A stretch of 64,000 nt of DNA from a virus (lineage: Duplodnaviria; Caudoviricetes): IMG/VR virus record IMGVR_UViG_3300026549_000054, positions 1-64,000 of that record. One strand, given 5' to 3'. Each line of letters starts with the position of its first letter. The first letter of the stretch is position 1. The position numbers were made by a program, and so were the translations under genes. Positions 50,345 to 59,449 of this stretch are shown one piece after another. A model generated the notes under the pieces. The model had not been told where the DNA came from, did no database searches, and worked only from the letters and a program-made list of their open reading frames with translations.

Positions 50345-52177
50345 TTAATAGTAATAACCCGCTAAACTATCGTTTTCTTTGAACTTTTTCGCCATTTCTT
50401 CGTGTTTTGGCGAGTTATAAGGGCATTTATCGTAATCTTCCATATCGGCTATACCATCCATTAAATACAAATTAGAATTAGTAATGTCTTCTGGGCAACC
50501 TTTAGGGAAGTGTTTCTCCAAATACTCTCTGTTATCGTAATCGTCATTTCTCAACCAATCAAAGTTGTCATAAGGAATACGAATACAATAAGCACCGTGT
50601 TCATTTGGCACATTCTTTTCTTCGTCCTTCAAATGAGCATATTCAGGCTTATATTGAAGTTCTTGTGTAAATGAACTGTAGTCTACGTGGTGGTGGATTC
50701 TTTCAAACTTGTAAATCATTGTCGCATATTGTGGATAAGTTTCAACAAGCAACTGTGATTTTGGAATAGTTCCACCAATGTCCTTAGAATAGAACACTTC
50801 TGTATTACCGCCCTTAACGGCCTGCGTGTGCATCTTGTCTGCCAACATACAGTTGAATTGAACAGTACACCAACCGTGACTTAGAACATCCAAAGACTGA
50901 ATAGTATCTTCGTTATATCTTCCACGCTGCATAATATATGGGCAGTTCAAATTCCACAAACCATAAGAATAAATACGGGTGTTAATGATTACAGGTGGGA
51001 TATGTTCTCCGCCGATAGCGAAGCATTCATAATTCAAACCTGCCAAACCAATGTTCGTAAATCGGTCAACGTATCGTTCGCAACTTCTAAAGATTTCAGG
51101 ACTATGAGAAATGACTCTGCGACCTCTCCAATATCTTGTGAATTGGTCGGTGTTGTCATCCAAAATCCAACACCAGTTTTGCTTCAAAGTATTTTTAGCA
51201 TAATCAGCTGCCCAGTTTCTTGCTGCACCAGGGCCAGTTACTGGCTTACCATTTCTAGGGTCAATCTTACTTCCCAAATCAGGGTTAATGACATCGTACT
51301 TGTCCTTATAACTCATATCCATTTGTAGAATAGTACAGTATGGACTTTCATTCAATTTACATTTAACATAATTGTCATAGTCCCAGTCTTCTACAACAAT
51401 GTAATGGTTTACTTGCATCTTTGTAAGCTGGTGAGAAATGTGGTTTTTAAATTCACCACTTCTTCCACGGGACACAACAAAGATAGGATATTTTGGCTGT
51501 TCACCACCCAACCAGCGAATACGATGCTTTGTGTGTTCTTGCCATTTCTGTATAGGGTACCAACAGTCTTCAGGGCTGATACCAAAACTTTGTTCAAAAA
51601 TTTCCATTAACTGTTCAAGAGAATAGTCCTTCTTTTTGAAATACATTTGAATTTTTGTGAAGGAGTATTCCTTGAAATTGAAAATGAACTCTGGCATATC
51701 TCGCCAGGAATCCCAATAATTCCAAGACTTTGCGTTGCGTGCTTTTAGATGTTTGTATTTGTTCTTGAATTTGAAATCTGGAAATCTTGCTTCTTCAGTG
51801 AAATTTGTCATTCGGTAGTCTTCAATTCTTTCGTGACACAAACCAATGTCATCAGATACCAAATTTCTTTTACGAGCATCAGCACAAATTCTCTTATACA
51901 ATTTATCCAAATCTTCCTGGCAACGAACTTGCGTACTGAACTTCCAATAACCAGTATCTGTAACTTCTAAATCAGTGTAATTCTTAACCATTACACCATC
52001 TTTGTTGAAAAATCGGTATTCTTCGTTACCATATTTCAACATACTGATTTTGAAACCAAATTCTTCGCAGAAATCTTTTAAAGTATCTGGCTTGATTTTC
52101 ATTGTTGCCATATCGTCTTTTGTTAAATATGGCTTACATTTCAACAATTCCAATAAGTCTTTTTTATTTGATTGCAT
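50345..52177 (-). CDS. GREB1/TAGT-like (TET-associated) glycosyltransferase with N-terminal accessory domain
   Basis: YPIFVVSRGR, YIVVE, GPGAARN, WILDDN, NTRIYS, RGRYNEDT, KGGNT, HHHVDY. Confidence 0.8.
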   Translation of the reverse strand: MQSNKKDLLELLKCKPYLTKDDMATMKIKPDTLKDFCEEFGFKISMLKYGNEEYRFFNKDGVMVKNYTDLEVTDTGYWKFSTQVRCQEDLDKLYKRICADARKRNLVSDDIGLCHERIEDYRMTNFTEEARFPDFKFKNKYKHLKARNAKSWNYWDSWRDMPEFIFNFKEYSFTKIQMYFKKKDYSLEQLMEIFEQSFGISPEDCWYPIQKWQEHTKHRIRWLGGEQPKYPIFVVSRGRSGEFKNHISHQLTKMQVNHYIVVEDWDYDNYVKCKLNESPYCTILQMDMSYKDKYDVINPDLGSKIDPRNGKPVTGPGAARNWAADYAKNTLKQNWCWILDDNTDQFTRYWRGRRVISHSPEIFRSCERYVDRFTNIGLAGLNYECFAIGGEHIPPVIINTRIYSYGLWNLNCPYIMQRGRYNEDTIQSLDVLSHGWCTVQFNCMLADKMHTQAVKGGNTEVFYSKDIGGTIPKSQLLVETYPQYATMIYKFERIHHHVDYSSFTQELQYKPEYAHLKDEEKNVPNEHGAYCIRIPYDNFDWLRNDDYDNREYLEKHFPKGCPEDITNSNLYLMDGIADMEDYDKCPYNSPKHEEMAKKFKENDSLAGYYY

Positions 52178-52182
52178 ATAAA

Positions 52183-52509
52183 TTATTCCTCAAAATCTTT
52201 GGCAATTTTATCTAATCTTTTTTGATTATCTTTTGCTTTATATATAAGCGAACATCCTTCGCTGACTAATTCGCTAGTTAAACAATACAAATCATCAAAT
52301 TTTGTTCTAAATAATTTTCCACCTTCATAATCTTTTCTAATTATTATGTTATCATAATTGAGTATCTTTACAGAAATTTTAACTGCATCTGGACACTGGT
52401 AATAACCAAATTCATTCCAGTCATCTTTCTTAAAATCAAATTTATTCGCAATCCAACCGATGTTATAAAATGTCATCAGTAGTTCACTCAAATTGTATTT
52501 TCTATTCAT
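52183..52509 (-). CDS. small protein, C-terminal 'DF' family
   Basis: Ends RLDKIAKDFEE. Confidence 0.6.
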   Translation of the reverse strand: MNRKYNLSELLMTFYNIGWIANKFDFKKDDWNEFGYYQCPDAVKISVKILNYDNIIIRKDYEGGKLFRTKFDDLYCLTSELVSEGCSLIYKAKDNQKRLDKIAKDFEE

Positions 52510-52588
52510 ACACCAAAATATAGCAATAAAATAAAAAACCAGGAAAATTTTTATTTTTCCTGGTACTGTTAAAATTTATTTGTTCAGA

Positions 52589-53515
52589 TTAGTTTGTGCG
52601 ATAGCAGTAATATCCGCAATCAAGTGAAATTTCATCACCATCATAACGAGCCAAAAAATTAGCAGGACCATCTGCATCTATGATTGCTTCAGCAAGTTTA
52701 TTAAGGTTAATCAAGTTGTTTTTCTTAACAATTTCAGTAAATTGTTTCTTACCGAAGTTGTCAATATACCATTGAACGTCATCACCATCATAATAATCTT
52801 CAAGATATTTTTCAACGGCTTCGTCTTCATCTACATCACCAAATTCTTCTTGGTATCTTTCAGGTTCACTTTCGTGAATATCAGATACATAGTATTCAGC
52901 ATCTTCTTTCTTGGCATCTTCAAACCAACCAGTATCTACAAATTGTTCAATTCCACCAATGTTTTCAAAACGAATACCTTCAATGCCTACATCGTCAAAG
53001 AGTTCCTTACAATCTTCCTGAGCGGCTTCTTCTGCTTCGTCATAAGATTCGTAGCAATAGTATTCTTCATTACCAAATGTAACTTGAACAGCTAATTGAC
53101 CTGGACCTTCATTGTATTCTACTTCAGCATCGGCATAGTCATTACCTGTGTATTCAGCAAGTTCACGAACCATTGTCTTAATTTCGTCAGATTCACCTTC
53201 TAATGGGTCATCTTCAGTTTCTTCGTCATCTGGTTCTTCAGCTACATCTTCGTCTTCGGCTTCTTTCAAGATACGATAGCCAAAGGATTCGCAAACCTTC
53301 ATAGCTTCAGCAAGGTCGGAACCTTCAACTTCTTCTATGAACATATCTTTAACAATAGGGAACAAATCTCTATCATTAACTTCTTCATCCAAGTTAGCCT
53401 TTACATAAGCAAAACACTTCTGCAAGTTTGGTTCTCTGCCGTGTGTTTCACAAAATTCCTTATAGTCATTGACTAACAAATTAATCTCTGACATGTAACC
53501 TTCGTTAATTTTCAT
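52589..53515 (-). CDS. highly acidic late protein with internal EAxxxxxxxGY tag
   Basis: SDLAEAMKVCESFGYRILKEA; late promoter at 53547-53554. Confidence 0.6.
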   Translation of the reverse strand: MKINEGYMSEINLLVNDYKEFCETHGREPNLQKCFAYVKANLDEEVNDRDLFPIVKDMFIEEVEGSDLAEAMKVCESFGYRILKEAEDEDVAEEPDDEETEDDPLEGESDEIKTMVRELAEYTGNDYADAEVEYNEGPGQLAVQVTFGNEEYYCYESYDEAEEAAQEDCKELFDDVGIEGIRFENIGGIEQFVDTGWFEDAKKEDAEYYVSDIHESEPERYQEEFGDVDEDEAVEKYLEDYYDGDDVQWYIDNFGKKQFTEIVKKNNLINLNKLAEAIIDADGPANFLARYDGDEISLDCGYYCYRTN

Positions 53516-53586
53516 AATAACTCCTTCCTATAAAATTCGTTTATAGTATTTATAAATTTTTAGAAGTCTGTACTTATTTTCGCTAT

Positions 53587-53976
53587 TCATATTCTATTCA
53601 AGTGCCTTTTGTAGATTAAATCTATATCATTACTGATAGCCTTCGCAGTTTCAATGATTTTATCTACATCTGATATATCGTATTTCTTCAGTTTCTTTTT
53701 GTTTGTTTTGTGTTTTTTGATTAGTTTTTCCAAATTACCGCCATGATGAACAAAATAATTAGTAGCTTTTGAATGCAAATAAGGACTAATTCCGAACCCC
53801 TTTTGAGTACAATTCTTTTTATTTGCTATTTTTTCAGGAGCAAAACCCCAAGTTAAAATAAGATTTGGTAGTATTTTAGAAGGGGTATTATTTAAAAAAT
53901 AATTTAATGGCAATTCTTGTTTTATGTAGTCTTTAATTTCCTTTCGCATAGTTCTTGTAATACACTCCAAGTTCAC
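53587..53976 (-). CDS. hypothetical protein
   Basis: ORF; real start may be MRKEIK. Confidence 0.5.
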   Translation of the reverse strand: MNLECITRTMRKEIKDYIKQELPLNYFLNNTPSKILPNLILTWGFAPEKIANKKNCTQKGFGISPYLHSKATNYFVHHGGNLEKLIKKHKTNKKKLKKYDISDVDKIIETAKAISNDIDLIYKRHLNRI

Positions 53977-54547
53977 AAATTTTATCCAAAGTATTAGTTA
54001 AGTTATTCAATCGTTCTTCAATCTTATCATTCTTTTCTTTTAGGACTTTAACTGCCAATCTTTCTTCTTCCAAATTGTGCTTATGGATTTCCAAATCCTT
54101 ATTCTTCGCATCAATTTCGTCTTTCTGTTTGGCTATAATTCCATTCAACTTTGTGATTTCATCCAAACCGTGAGAAGTATTAACATTCTGTCTTAAAATG
54201 GTTTCGGACTGGTTCTTGATAAGTTCATTCTTTTCTGCCAATTCTTGTACTGTCTTTGCAGTTTGGATTTTGTATTCACAAATTGTTTCTGTATTTTCTT
54301 TGATTATATTTTCTTTCTTAATGAGTTCGCCTTGAAGAACGTCCATATCCTTCTTTAGAGCAGCCGTATCTTCAGCATACTTTGTTTTAAGATTTTCAAG
54401 TTCTTCTTTGGCTGTGCTATACCATTTTACAATTTCATCAAGTGCTTCATCCACATATTTTGCTTCATAAGCATCAATCGTAACTGTTTTACCCGCAGGC
54501 CAAACTTTTCTAGTAACTTCAATTTTGTTTAATTCTTCGTATTTCAT
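53933..54547 (-). CDS. coiled-coil protein with DivIVA-like N-terminus
   Basis: AYEAKYVDEALDEIVKWY followed by long heptad repeats. Confidence 0.5.
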   Translation of the reverse strand: MKYEELNKIEVTRKVWPAGKTVTIDAYEAKYVDEALDEIVKWYSTAKEELENLKTKYAEDTAALKKDMDVLQGELIKKENIIKENTETICEYKIQTAKTVQELAEKNELIKNQSETILRQNVNTSHGLDEITKLNGIIAKQKDEIDAKNKDLEIHKHNLEEERLAVKVLKEKNDKIEERLNNLTNTLDKICELGVYYKNYAKGN

Positions 54548-54559
54548 TAAATCACCTCA

Positions 54560-55111
54560 CTAAAAATCATTGTTTATATTTATAATTTTGGTTATCTGAT
54601 TTTGGATTTTAGTTTTTGTTTCTTTACGAAGTTGCTTAATTTCTTCTTCTTTCCTGTTAATTAAAGCCATCGTTTTCAATAAATTTTTAACTTCAGGTTT
54701 CTTATAAAATTCTACAACTTCTTTATATGTTGTTTCCATTTCAGTTAATTTGTTATCCAAATCTTCTAAACTATTTACTGGTTTCCAATCCCACTGAATA
54801 TCTTGGAAATCCTGAATTTCTTGAAGTTTAGGTGGCATACAGATGTCTTTGATAAAACCATCACTTATCCTTAGAACTGAAAAATCATTTGGAACATTTA
54901 CTACTTTCTTCGCAAAAGCCAAATTCTTAAACTTAGAAAACTTCACATATTCATCATCGCCATAATTAGCCTGAAAATTGTACATATCTCCCTTATACTT
55001 CTTATCCAAAATTTGTATGAATTTCGTATAATTAACCTGTACATTATGTTTGGCAAGTATTTCGTCTACTTGCTTACACATATCCCAATCAAATTTAATT
55101 ACATTTATCAT
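54560..55111 (-). CDS. protein, C-terminal 'DF' family
   Basis: Ends KIININNDF. Confidence 0.6.
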   Translation of the reverse strand: MINVIKFDWDMCKQVDEILAKHNVQVNYTKFIQILDKKYKGDMYNFQANYGDDEYVKFSKFKNLAFAKKVVNVPNDFSVLRISDGFIKDICMPPKLQEIQDFQDIQWDWKPVNSLEDLDNKLTEMETTYKEVVEFYKKPEVKNLLKTMALINRKEEEIKQLRKETKTKIQNQITKIININNDF

Positions 55112-55413
55112 TTGAAGTCCTCCTTTAATTTTTCAGTTCGTTTTTGTTCTTTAATTTGTTTGAACCATAAAGATTTTCTATCAAAAAATGCTCTTAATTT
55201 ATCTTCTTTATTAAACAGTGTAAAACCATCTATATTAGCTGTGTCATCTTTTTCAGGAATAAAATGGTAATCTTCCCCATAAGGATTTGAAATATAATCA
55301 AAATATCCAATTCGTTCACCCATAAAATAAACACCACTGGAAATTGAAATCTTCAGTGAATAATCACCAAATACTTTAAACAGTTCCTTCATCGTCATCA
55401 GTAAAATCCTCAT
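55108..55413 (-). CDS. small protein, C-terminal 'DF' family
   Basis: Ends EKLKEDFK. Confidence 0.6.
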   Translation of the reverse strand: MRILLMTMKELFKVFGDYSLKISISSGVYFMGERIGYFDYISNPYGEDYHFIPEKDDTANIDGFTLFNKEDKLRAFFDRKSLWFKQIKEQKRTEKLKEDFK

Positions 55414-55720
55414 TCAGTTCTCTTATTTTCAATTCCTGTTTGTATTTCTTATATACAAGGTCAAATTCCATAAATTTTAATCTGCAAAATTCGTAACAAT
55501 CACCATTAGTTCCGAAAATCAAAGTATAAACTAAACCATTCTTGTCTATACCAGTTAAATATGAATTTAAATCATAAGTTCCATTAGTACACCTGAAATC
55601 AAATACATCTGGAACATTATGGTTTATAATTGGCATTGACAAAGTAATAGAATTTGTATACTTGTTTTTTAACAAATTAAATTCTTCTGCCAATTTAATT
55701 ATATCATCATAGTTAATCAA
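55376..55720 (-). CDS. small protein, C-terminal 'DF' family
   Basis: KIRELNEDF near C-terminus. Confidence 0.6.
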   Translation of the reverse strand: MINYDDIIKLAEEFNLLKNKYTNSITLSMPIINHNVPDVFDFRCTNGTYDLNSYLTGIDKNGLVYTLIFGTNGDCYEFCRLKFMEFDLVYKKYKQELKIRELNEDFTDDDEGTV

Positions 55721-55976
55721 AGTCGCTCTCCATTTTCCCGAGTTTCTTCCAAAGTAGTCTTTGCTTTAATTCTAACATTTTATCGTTTAAATACTCTTTT
55801 AAACTTTCTTCTTTTGTTGTTGCTATTACACCCTTATCAGTATACAAAAATGTTTTCTGTCCACTTGAAGAAAAATCGCAAATACAATAATCACCTGACA
55901 TGGCTTGATAAAATATATCTTTCTTTACTTTCAAACCATATTCTTCACATATTCGTAAAAATGATGGTAGTGTCAT
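55713..55976 (-). CDS. small protein, C-terminal 'DF' family
   Basis: Ends KLGKMESDFD. Confidence 0.6.
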   Translation of the reverse strand: MTLPSFLRICEEYGLKVKKDIFYQAMSGDYCICDFSSSGQKTFLYTDKGVIATTKEESLKEYLNDKMLELKQRLLWKKLGKMESDFD

Positions 55977-56365
55977 TCAAAGTCCTTCTTCATACTCACA
56001 ATTCGTTTGTTCGCACCAAACTGTTTCTTGTAAAGAGAAAACTGACTATATGTTTCAATCAGATTCTTACAATGTTTCCTTAGTTCTTTAAGACTCCAAA
56101 TTTCTTCTGCTTCATCATCACCACCCCACATAATTTTCAAATTATTACTGTGGCTGTTATATTCTAATTTCATACAAGTTCGGCAAAAGGCATAATCGTC
56201 TGATGGGTCATATAAGAACACAGGACAATAGTAACCATCTTCGTCCTTGATTTTCGTGCCAGGAAAAGTTGCTACATAACAATCGTGTGATTTATCAAAT
56301 TTATAACTCAGCTTAAGTTCTGTGGCTAATTTTTTAAGACTGTCTTTGTTAATTTCATCGTTCAT
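55973..56365 (-). CDS. small protein, C-terminal 'DF' family
   Basis: Ends RIVSMKKDFE. Confidence 0.6.
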   Translation of the reverse strand: MNDEINKDSLKKLATELKLSYKFDKSHDCYVATFPGTKIKDEDGYYCPVFLYDPSDDYAFCRTCMKLEYNSHSNNLKIMWGGDDEAEEIWSLKELRKHCKNLIETYSQFSLYKKQFGANKRIVSMKKDFE

Positions 56366-56631
56366 TCAAAGTCTCTCTCCATTTTTAAAATCTTTCTTTC
56401 TAATTCTTGTTGTTTCAAATATATCAAAATTTCATTTAACCATTCTCTACAGGCACTTTCCGTACTTGTAGCATAATAATATCCGTCCTCATCCAACACA
56501 TAAATTAAACCAGTACTCAATAAGTACATTACAACTCTACCGCGATAACAAGCAATAGGGTCACCATTAATCGGGTCCATTCTCAATTCAAATCCATATT
56601 CCTCAACAAGTTTATTAAATACTTTTTTCAT
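56362..56631 (-). CDS. small protein, C-terminal 'DF' family
   Basis: Ends KILKMERDFE. Confidence 0.6.
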   Translation of the reverse strand: MKKVFNKLVEEYGFELRMDPINGDPIACYRGRVVMYLLSTGLIYVLDEDGYYYATSTESACREWLNEILIYLKQQELERKILKMERDFE

Positions 56632-56900
56632 TTGAAATCACTCTCCAATGCCTGTTCCTTAAAATGTACTTTCCACTTCTTAATTATTGGAATATATGCT
56701 TTAACACATTCTTCAGCAAATTTTATATCTTCTGTTTGTTCATACATTCTGGTTTTAGTGTTATACACAATCAAACCGTTAAATCCAGCTTCAATAACAT
56801 AATAATTACAGTATTTTCCTAATGTTTCTTGTCTTCTGTGTTCTATTACTAAGCCAAATTTAGCACTTAATTCGTGTACTGTCTGTTCCCATTTAGTCAA
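56628..56900 (-). CDS. small protein, C-terminal 'DF' family
   Basis: Ends EQALESDFK. Confidence 0.6.
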   Translation of the reverse strand: MTKWEQTVHELSAKFGLVIEHRRQETLGKYCNYYVIEAGFNGLIVYNTKTRMYEQTEDIKFAEECVKAYIPIIKKWKVHFKEQALESDFK

Positions 56901-57141
56901 AATCTTGCCCCAGTTGATATAGTCTTTTTTCGTTCTTTTCTGCTTTAATTTTCCTTAGACATTCACCAATCCGTAATCTTGCTTCTTCTTTAGTTCCAAC
57001 AAACTTTTTCATTAAACGATTAGTTCGGATATAAATTGTGTTATACATTAGGGACATCACGTATGTATCGTCATAAGTGGCATATTTTATTACACCATCT
57101 TCAACTGTCAATCCAAATTCACTAACCAATTCTTCAAACAA
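56893..57141 (-). CDS. small protein, C-terminal 'DF' family
   Basis: Ends RLYQLGQDFD. Confidence 0.6.
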   Translation of the reverse strand: MFEELVSEFGLTVEDGVIKYATYDDTYVMSLMYNTIYIRTNRLMKKFVGTKEEARLRIGECLRKIKAEKNEKRLYQLGQDFD

Positions 57142-57412
57142 AATCTGCCTCCATTTTTCTCAATCTTTCTTTCCCAAGTTCTTTCTTAAATTCCAACTCC
57201 GCCCTAGCAATATAAGCTAAACACTTTTCTAATTTATCCACTGCATCATCCAAATTATCTGCGTATTGAAATCCAAAATCCGAACCTAACCAAATACTTA
57301 AACTATTTGTTCCAGGAAAATATAACATAACTGCATAGCCTAAATAACGAGCCACATTATTCTCTACTTCAAACTTGTGTTCATTACTTAGTTTTTCAAA
57401 AATTTCTTTCAT
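57134..57412 (-). CDS. small protein, C-terminal 'DF' family
   Basis: Ends RLRKMEADFV. Confidence 0.6.
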   Translation of the reverse strand: MKEIFEKLSNEHKFEVENNVARYLGYAVMLYFPGTNSLSIWLGSDFGFQYADNLDDAVDKLEKCLAYIARAELEFKKELGKERLRKMEADFV

Positions 57413-57678
57413 TAGAAATCCTTCGCAATCTTCTTCAGTTTAATTTCTAATTCTTCTTTTTTAGTTTCTATAATAGTGTTTTTCAAAATTACTTCTATAT
57501 CAGATTTTAAATCCATATAATTACTAAAATTATGACCCATCCATACTGAAACTTTACCATCGGAATTATCATACATCAATACAACTAAATCCTTATAAAT
57601 GCAGTAAATGTAATTTTCCTGTCTCTCGGCTTTCAATCCATAAGATATAACAAGTTCATTAAGTTCATTATTAGTCAT
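57412..57678 (-). CDS. small protein, C-terminal 'DF' family
   Basis: Likely start MTNNELNE at 57678 (GGAG upstream); ends KLKKIAKDF. Confidence 0.6.
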   Translation of the reverse strand: MTNNELNELVISYGLKAERQENYIYCIYKDLVVLMYDNSDGKVSVWMGHNFSNYMDLKSDIEVILKNTIIETKKEELEIKLKKIAKDF

Positions 57679-57690
57679 AACTGACATTTC

Positions 57691-58210
57691 TCCATAGAAA
57701 ATTAAAAATTTTATAAGCGCAGATTTTTTTCTAACACCCATTTTCCTATAATATAGAAACTTTCCTATAACTTAGCAATATACAGAAAACACATTTTTTC
57801 CATAGAATACTTCATTTTTATAAGTGCTGATTTTTTTATTTTGCCCATATAGAGCGAAAAAGAGAACTGTTGCCTTAGCAACCCTAATTGGGTATTTTTC
57901 AGTACTTCTAGACCGAATTTTTGTATCAGATTTTTTTCAGATGCCACCCAGATTAAGAAACTGACGACTGATTTTTGATAGAGCTTTGGTTCGCCACCAT
58001 TCGCCCATACACCCCCTATATGCCCTTAATACAAATTTTCAGACCCATCTGACATCCATCCTGCGAAAAATATGCCCAAAAACGGGCATTTTTGGGTCAT
58101 TTTTGGGGTCTAGGAAATGACATATTTAGGGTCCCATTTTGGGTTGTATTTTATGACATACGCACTTTCGGCAGTTCAACTGGGTCAGCTCGGGACTGTC
58201 AGTAGGACCT
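57691..58210. repeat. non-coding region with imperfect ~105-108 bp direct repeats and a central palindrome (candidate ori/pac)
   Basis: Repeats at about 57691-57741, 57799-57848 and 57908-57950; ATGCCC-N6-GGGCAT at 58072-58089; CCC motifs left and GGG motifs right of the centre. Confidence 0.5.
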
Positions 58211-58594
58211 TTAGAAGTCGGACTGGAGGCGGTCTTGTCGGCGTTGAATCTCAAATTCTTTCAGTTCCTTGACCAGACGATTGAACTTCAAACACATTAA
58301 CTTGAAAAGTTTAGGGCTAAATTGAGAGACTGAGAACAAAAAGATATGTTGATTATCTCTATCAATGTTAGCGGGCATATATAGGGAATCTTTAATTATA
58401 TTATATTCTAGGATAAAAAAACCTTGAACATATTTAGAAGGTATGATGGCATTGATAATATATTGGGTTTGAAGGTTAATAGTAAGGTTATATTCCTTAC
58501 ATAGTGAATAGAATAGTTCTTTATTTGAAATCTTCATTTGCTTTTTCAATTCGTTTCCTCTCAATAATACCTTTAAGGAATAAAACGGCTTCAT
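58211..58594 (-). CDS. small protein, C-terminal 'DF' family
   Basis: Ends RQDRLQSDF; real start probably MKISNKE (58537). Confidence 0.6.
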   Translation of the reverse strand: MKPFYSLKVLLRGNELKKQMKISNKELFYSLCKEYNLTINLQTQYIINAIIPSKYVQGFFILEYNIIKDSLYMPANIDRDNQHIFLFSVSQFSPKLFKLMCLKFNRLVKELKEFEIQRRQDRLQSDF

Positions 58595-58838
58595 TTATAA
58601 TAGGGATGGCCTTATCAACAGACTTAGTATCTGTATGGAAGAATTCGGGAGAACCCCAACGAAGTATATGAATTTTATTAGTAACTTGGAATACAGGTTT
58701 ACCTTTATAGAAACCTGTATAGGTATGTTCATAATTATATAATGGACGAACTGTGTCTTTAACTTCTGTAACATAGGGACGCAGTTTATCAACTACTTCT
58801 TCTGCATTGAAGGTATAATTTAATTTAGAAGTCCGCAT
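58521..58838 (-). CDS. small protein, C-terminal 'DF' family
   Basis: Ends RIEKANEDFK. Confidence 0.6.
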   Translation of the reverse strand: MRTSKLNYTFNAEEVVDKLRPYVTEVKDTVRPLYNYEHTYTGFYKGKPVFQVTNKIHILRWGSPEFFHTDTKSVDKAIPIINEAVLFLKGIIERKRIEKANEDFK

Positions 58839-59139
58839 TTATTTGTGTTATCCTCAATAGGTTATCAAATTCTTTTATATTTCTCAAAGTGGTAGATAAG
58901 GCTTTTAGGGCGGGCTTTTCGGATTTATAAGTCTTTGTAGTCCAATCGGCCCATACCTTAAGTTTACCTTCACTATCATATTTTTTATGGTTATTGATGA
59001 TATGAATGGTTATATCTTTATCTGCCTTATTATAATAAAACAGATAGTAATTAGGGTCCTTATATCTACCTTCAATAGAATAATTTGTTTCATTAACAAT
59101 AGGTACTAAAGCTTTAAATTTATCTACATTAGCAATCAT
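58825..59139 (-). CDS. small protein, C-terminal 'DF' family
   Basis: Ends RITQINADF. Confidence 0.6.
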   Translation of the reverse strand: MIANVDKFKALVPIVNETNYSIEGRYKDPNYYLFYYNKADKDITIHIINNHKKYDSEGKLKVWADWTTKTYKSEKPALKALSTTLRNIKEFDNLLRITQINADF

Positions 59140-59449
59140 CTTGAATTCTCTTAAGTTTTTCGTGATAACCAGGAAATTTAAGTTCTAGGAAAGTATCTTT
59201 GATTTTAGGTAATAAACGGCGGACATCAAAGAAGTTCTTACAGACTTCAAAATCCCATTCAAGTTCATTAAAGTCTTTTATATAATTAACACCCATAATA
59301 TGTTCACCGAAATAAGTAAACATTGTATAATTATAGTTACTGATTGAATGATTCAAGTGCCCGATTATCCAGCCACCTTGGGTTTTAAATTCCATATAAG
59401 GACTAAGTAAATCTTTTACTTTCTTCCATTCAAGTTCTTTAAAAGTCAT
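59129..59449 (-). CDS. small protein, variant of C-terminal 'DF' family
   Basis: Ends KLKRIQDDC. Confidence 0.55.
   Translation of the reverse strand: MTFKELEWKKVKDLLSPYMEFKTQGGWIIGHLNHSISNYNYTMFTYFGEHIMGVNYIKDFNELEWDFEVCKNFFDVRRLLPKIKDTFLELKFPGYHEKLKRIQDDC

Noticed and set aside
57679-57947. ORF 57765..57947 and the MGVRKKSALIK extension of the 57412 gene
   Set aside because: The shared KKSALIK peptide is a by-product of the non-coding direct repeats; no convincing RBS.
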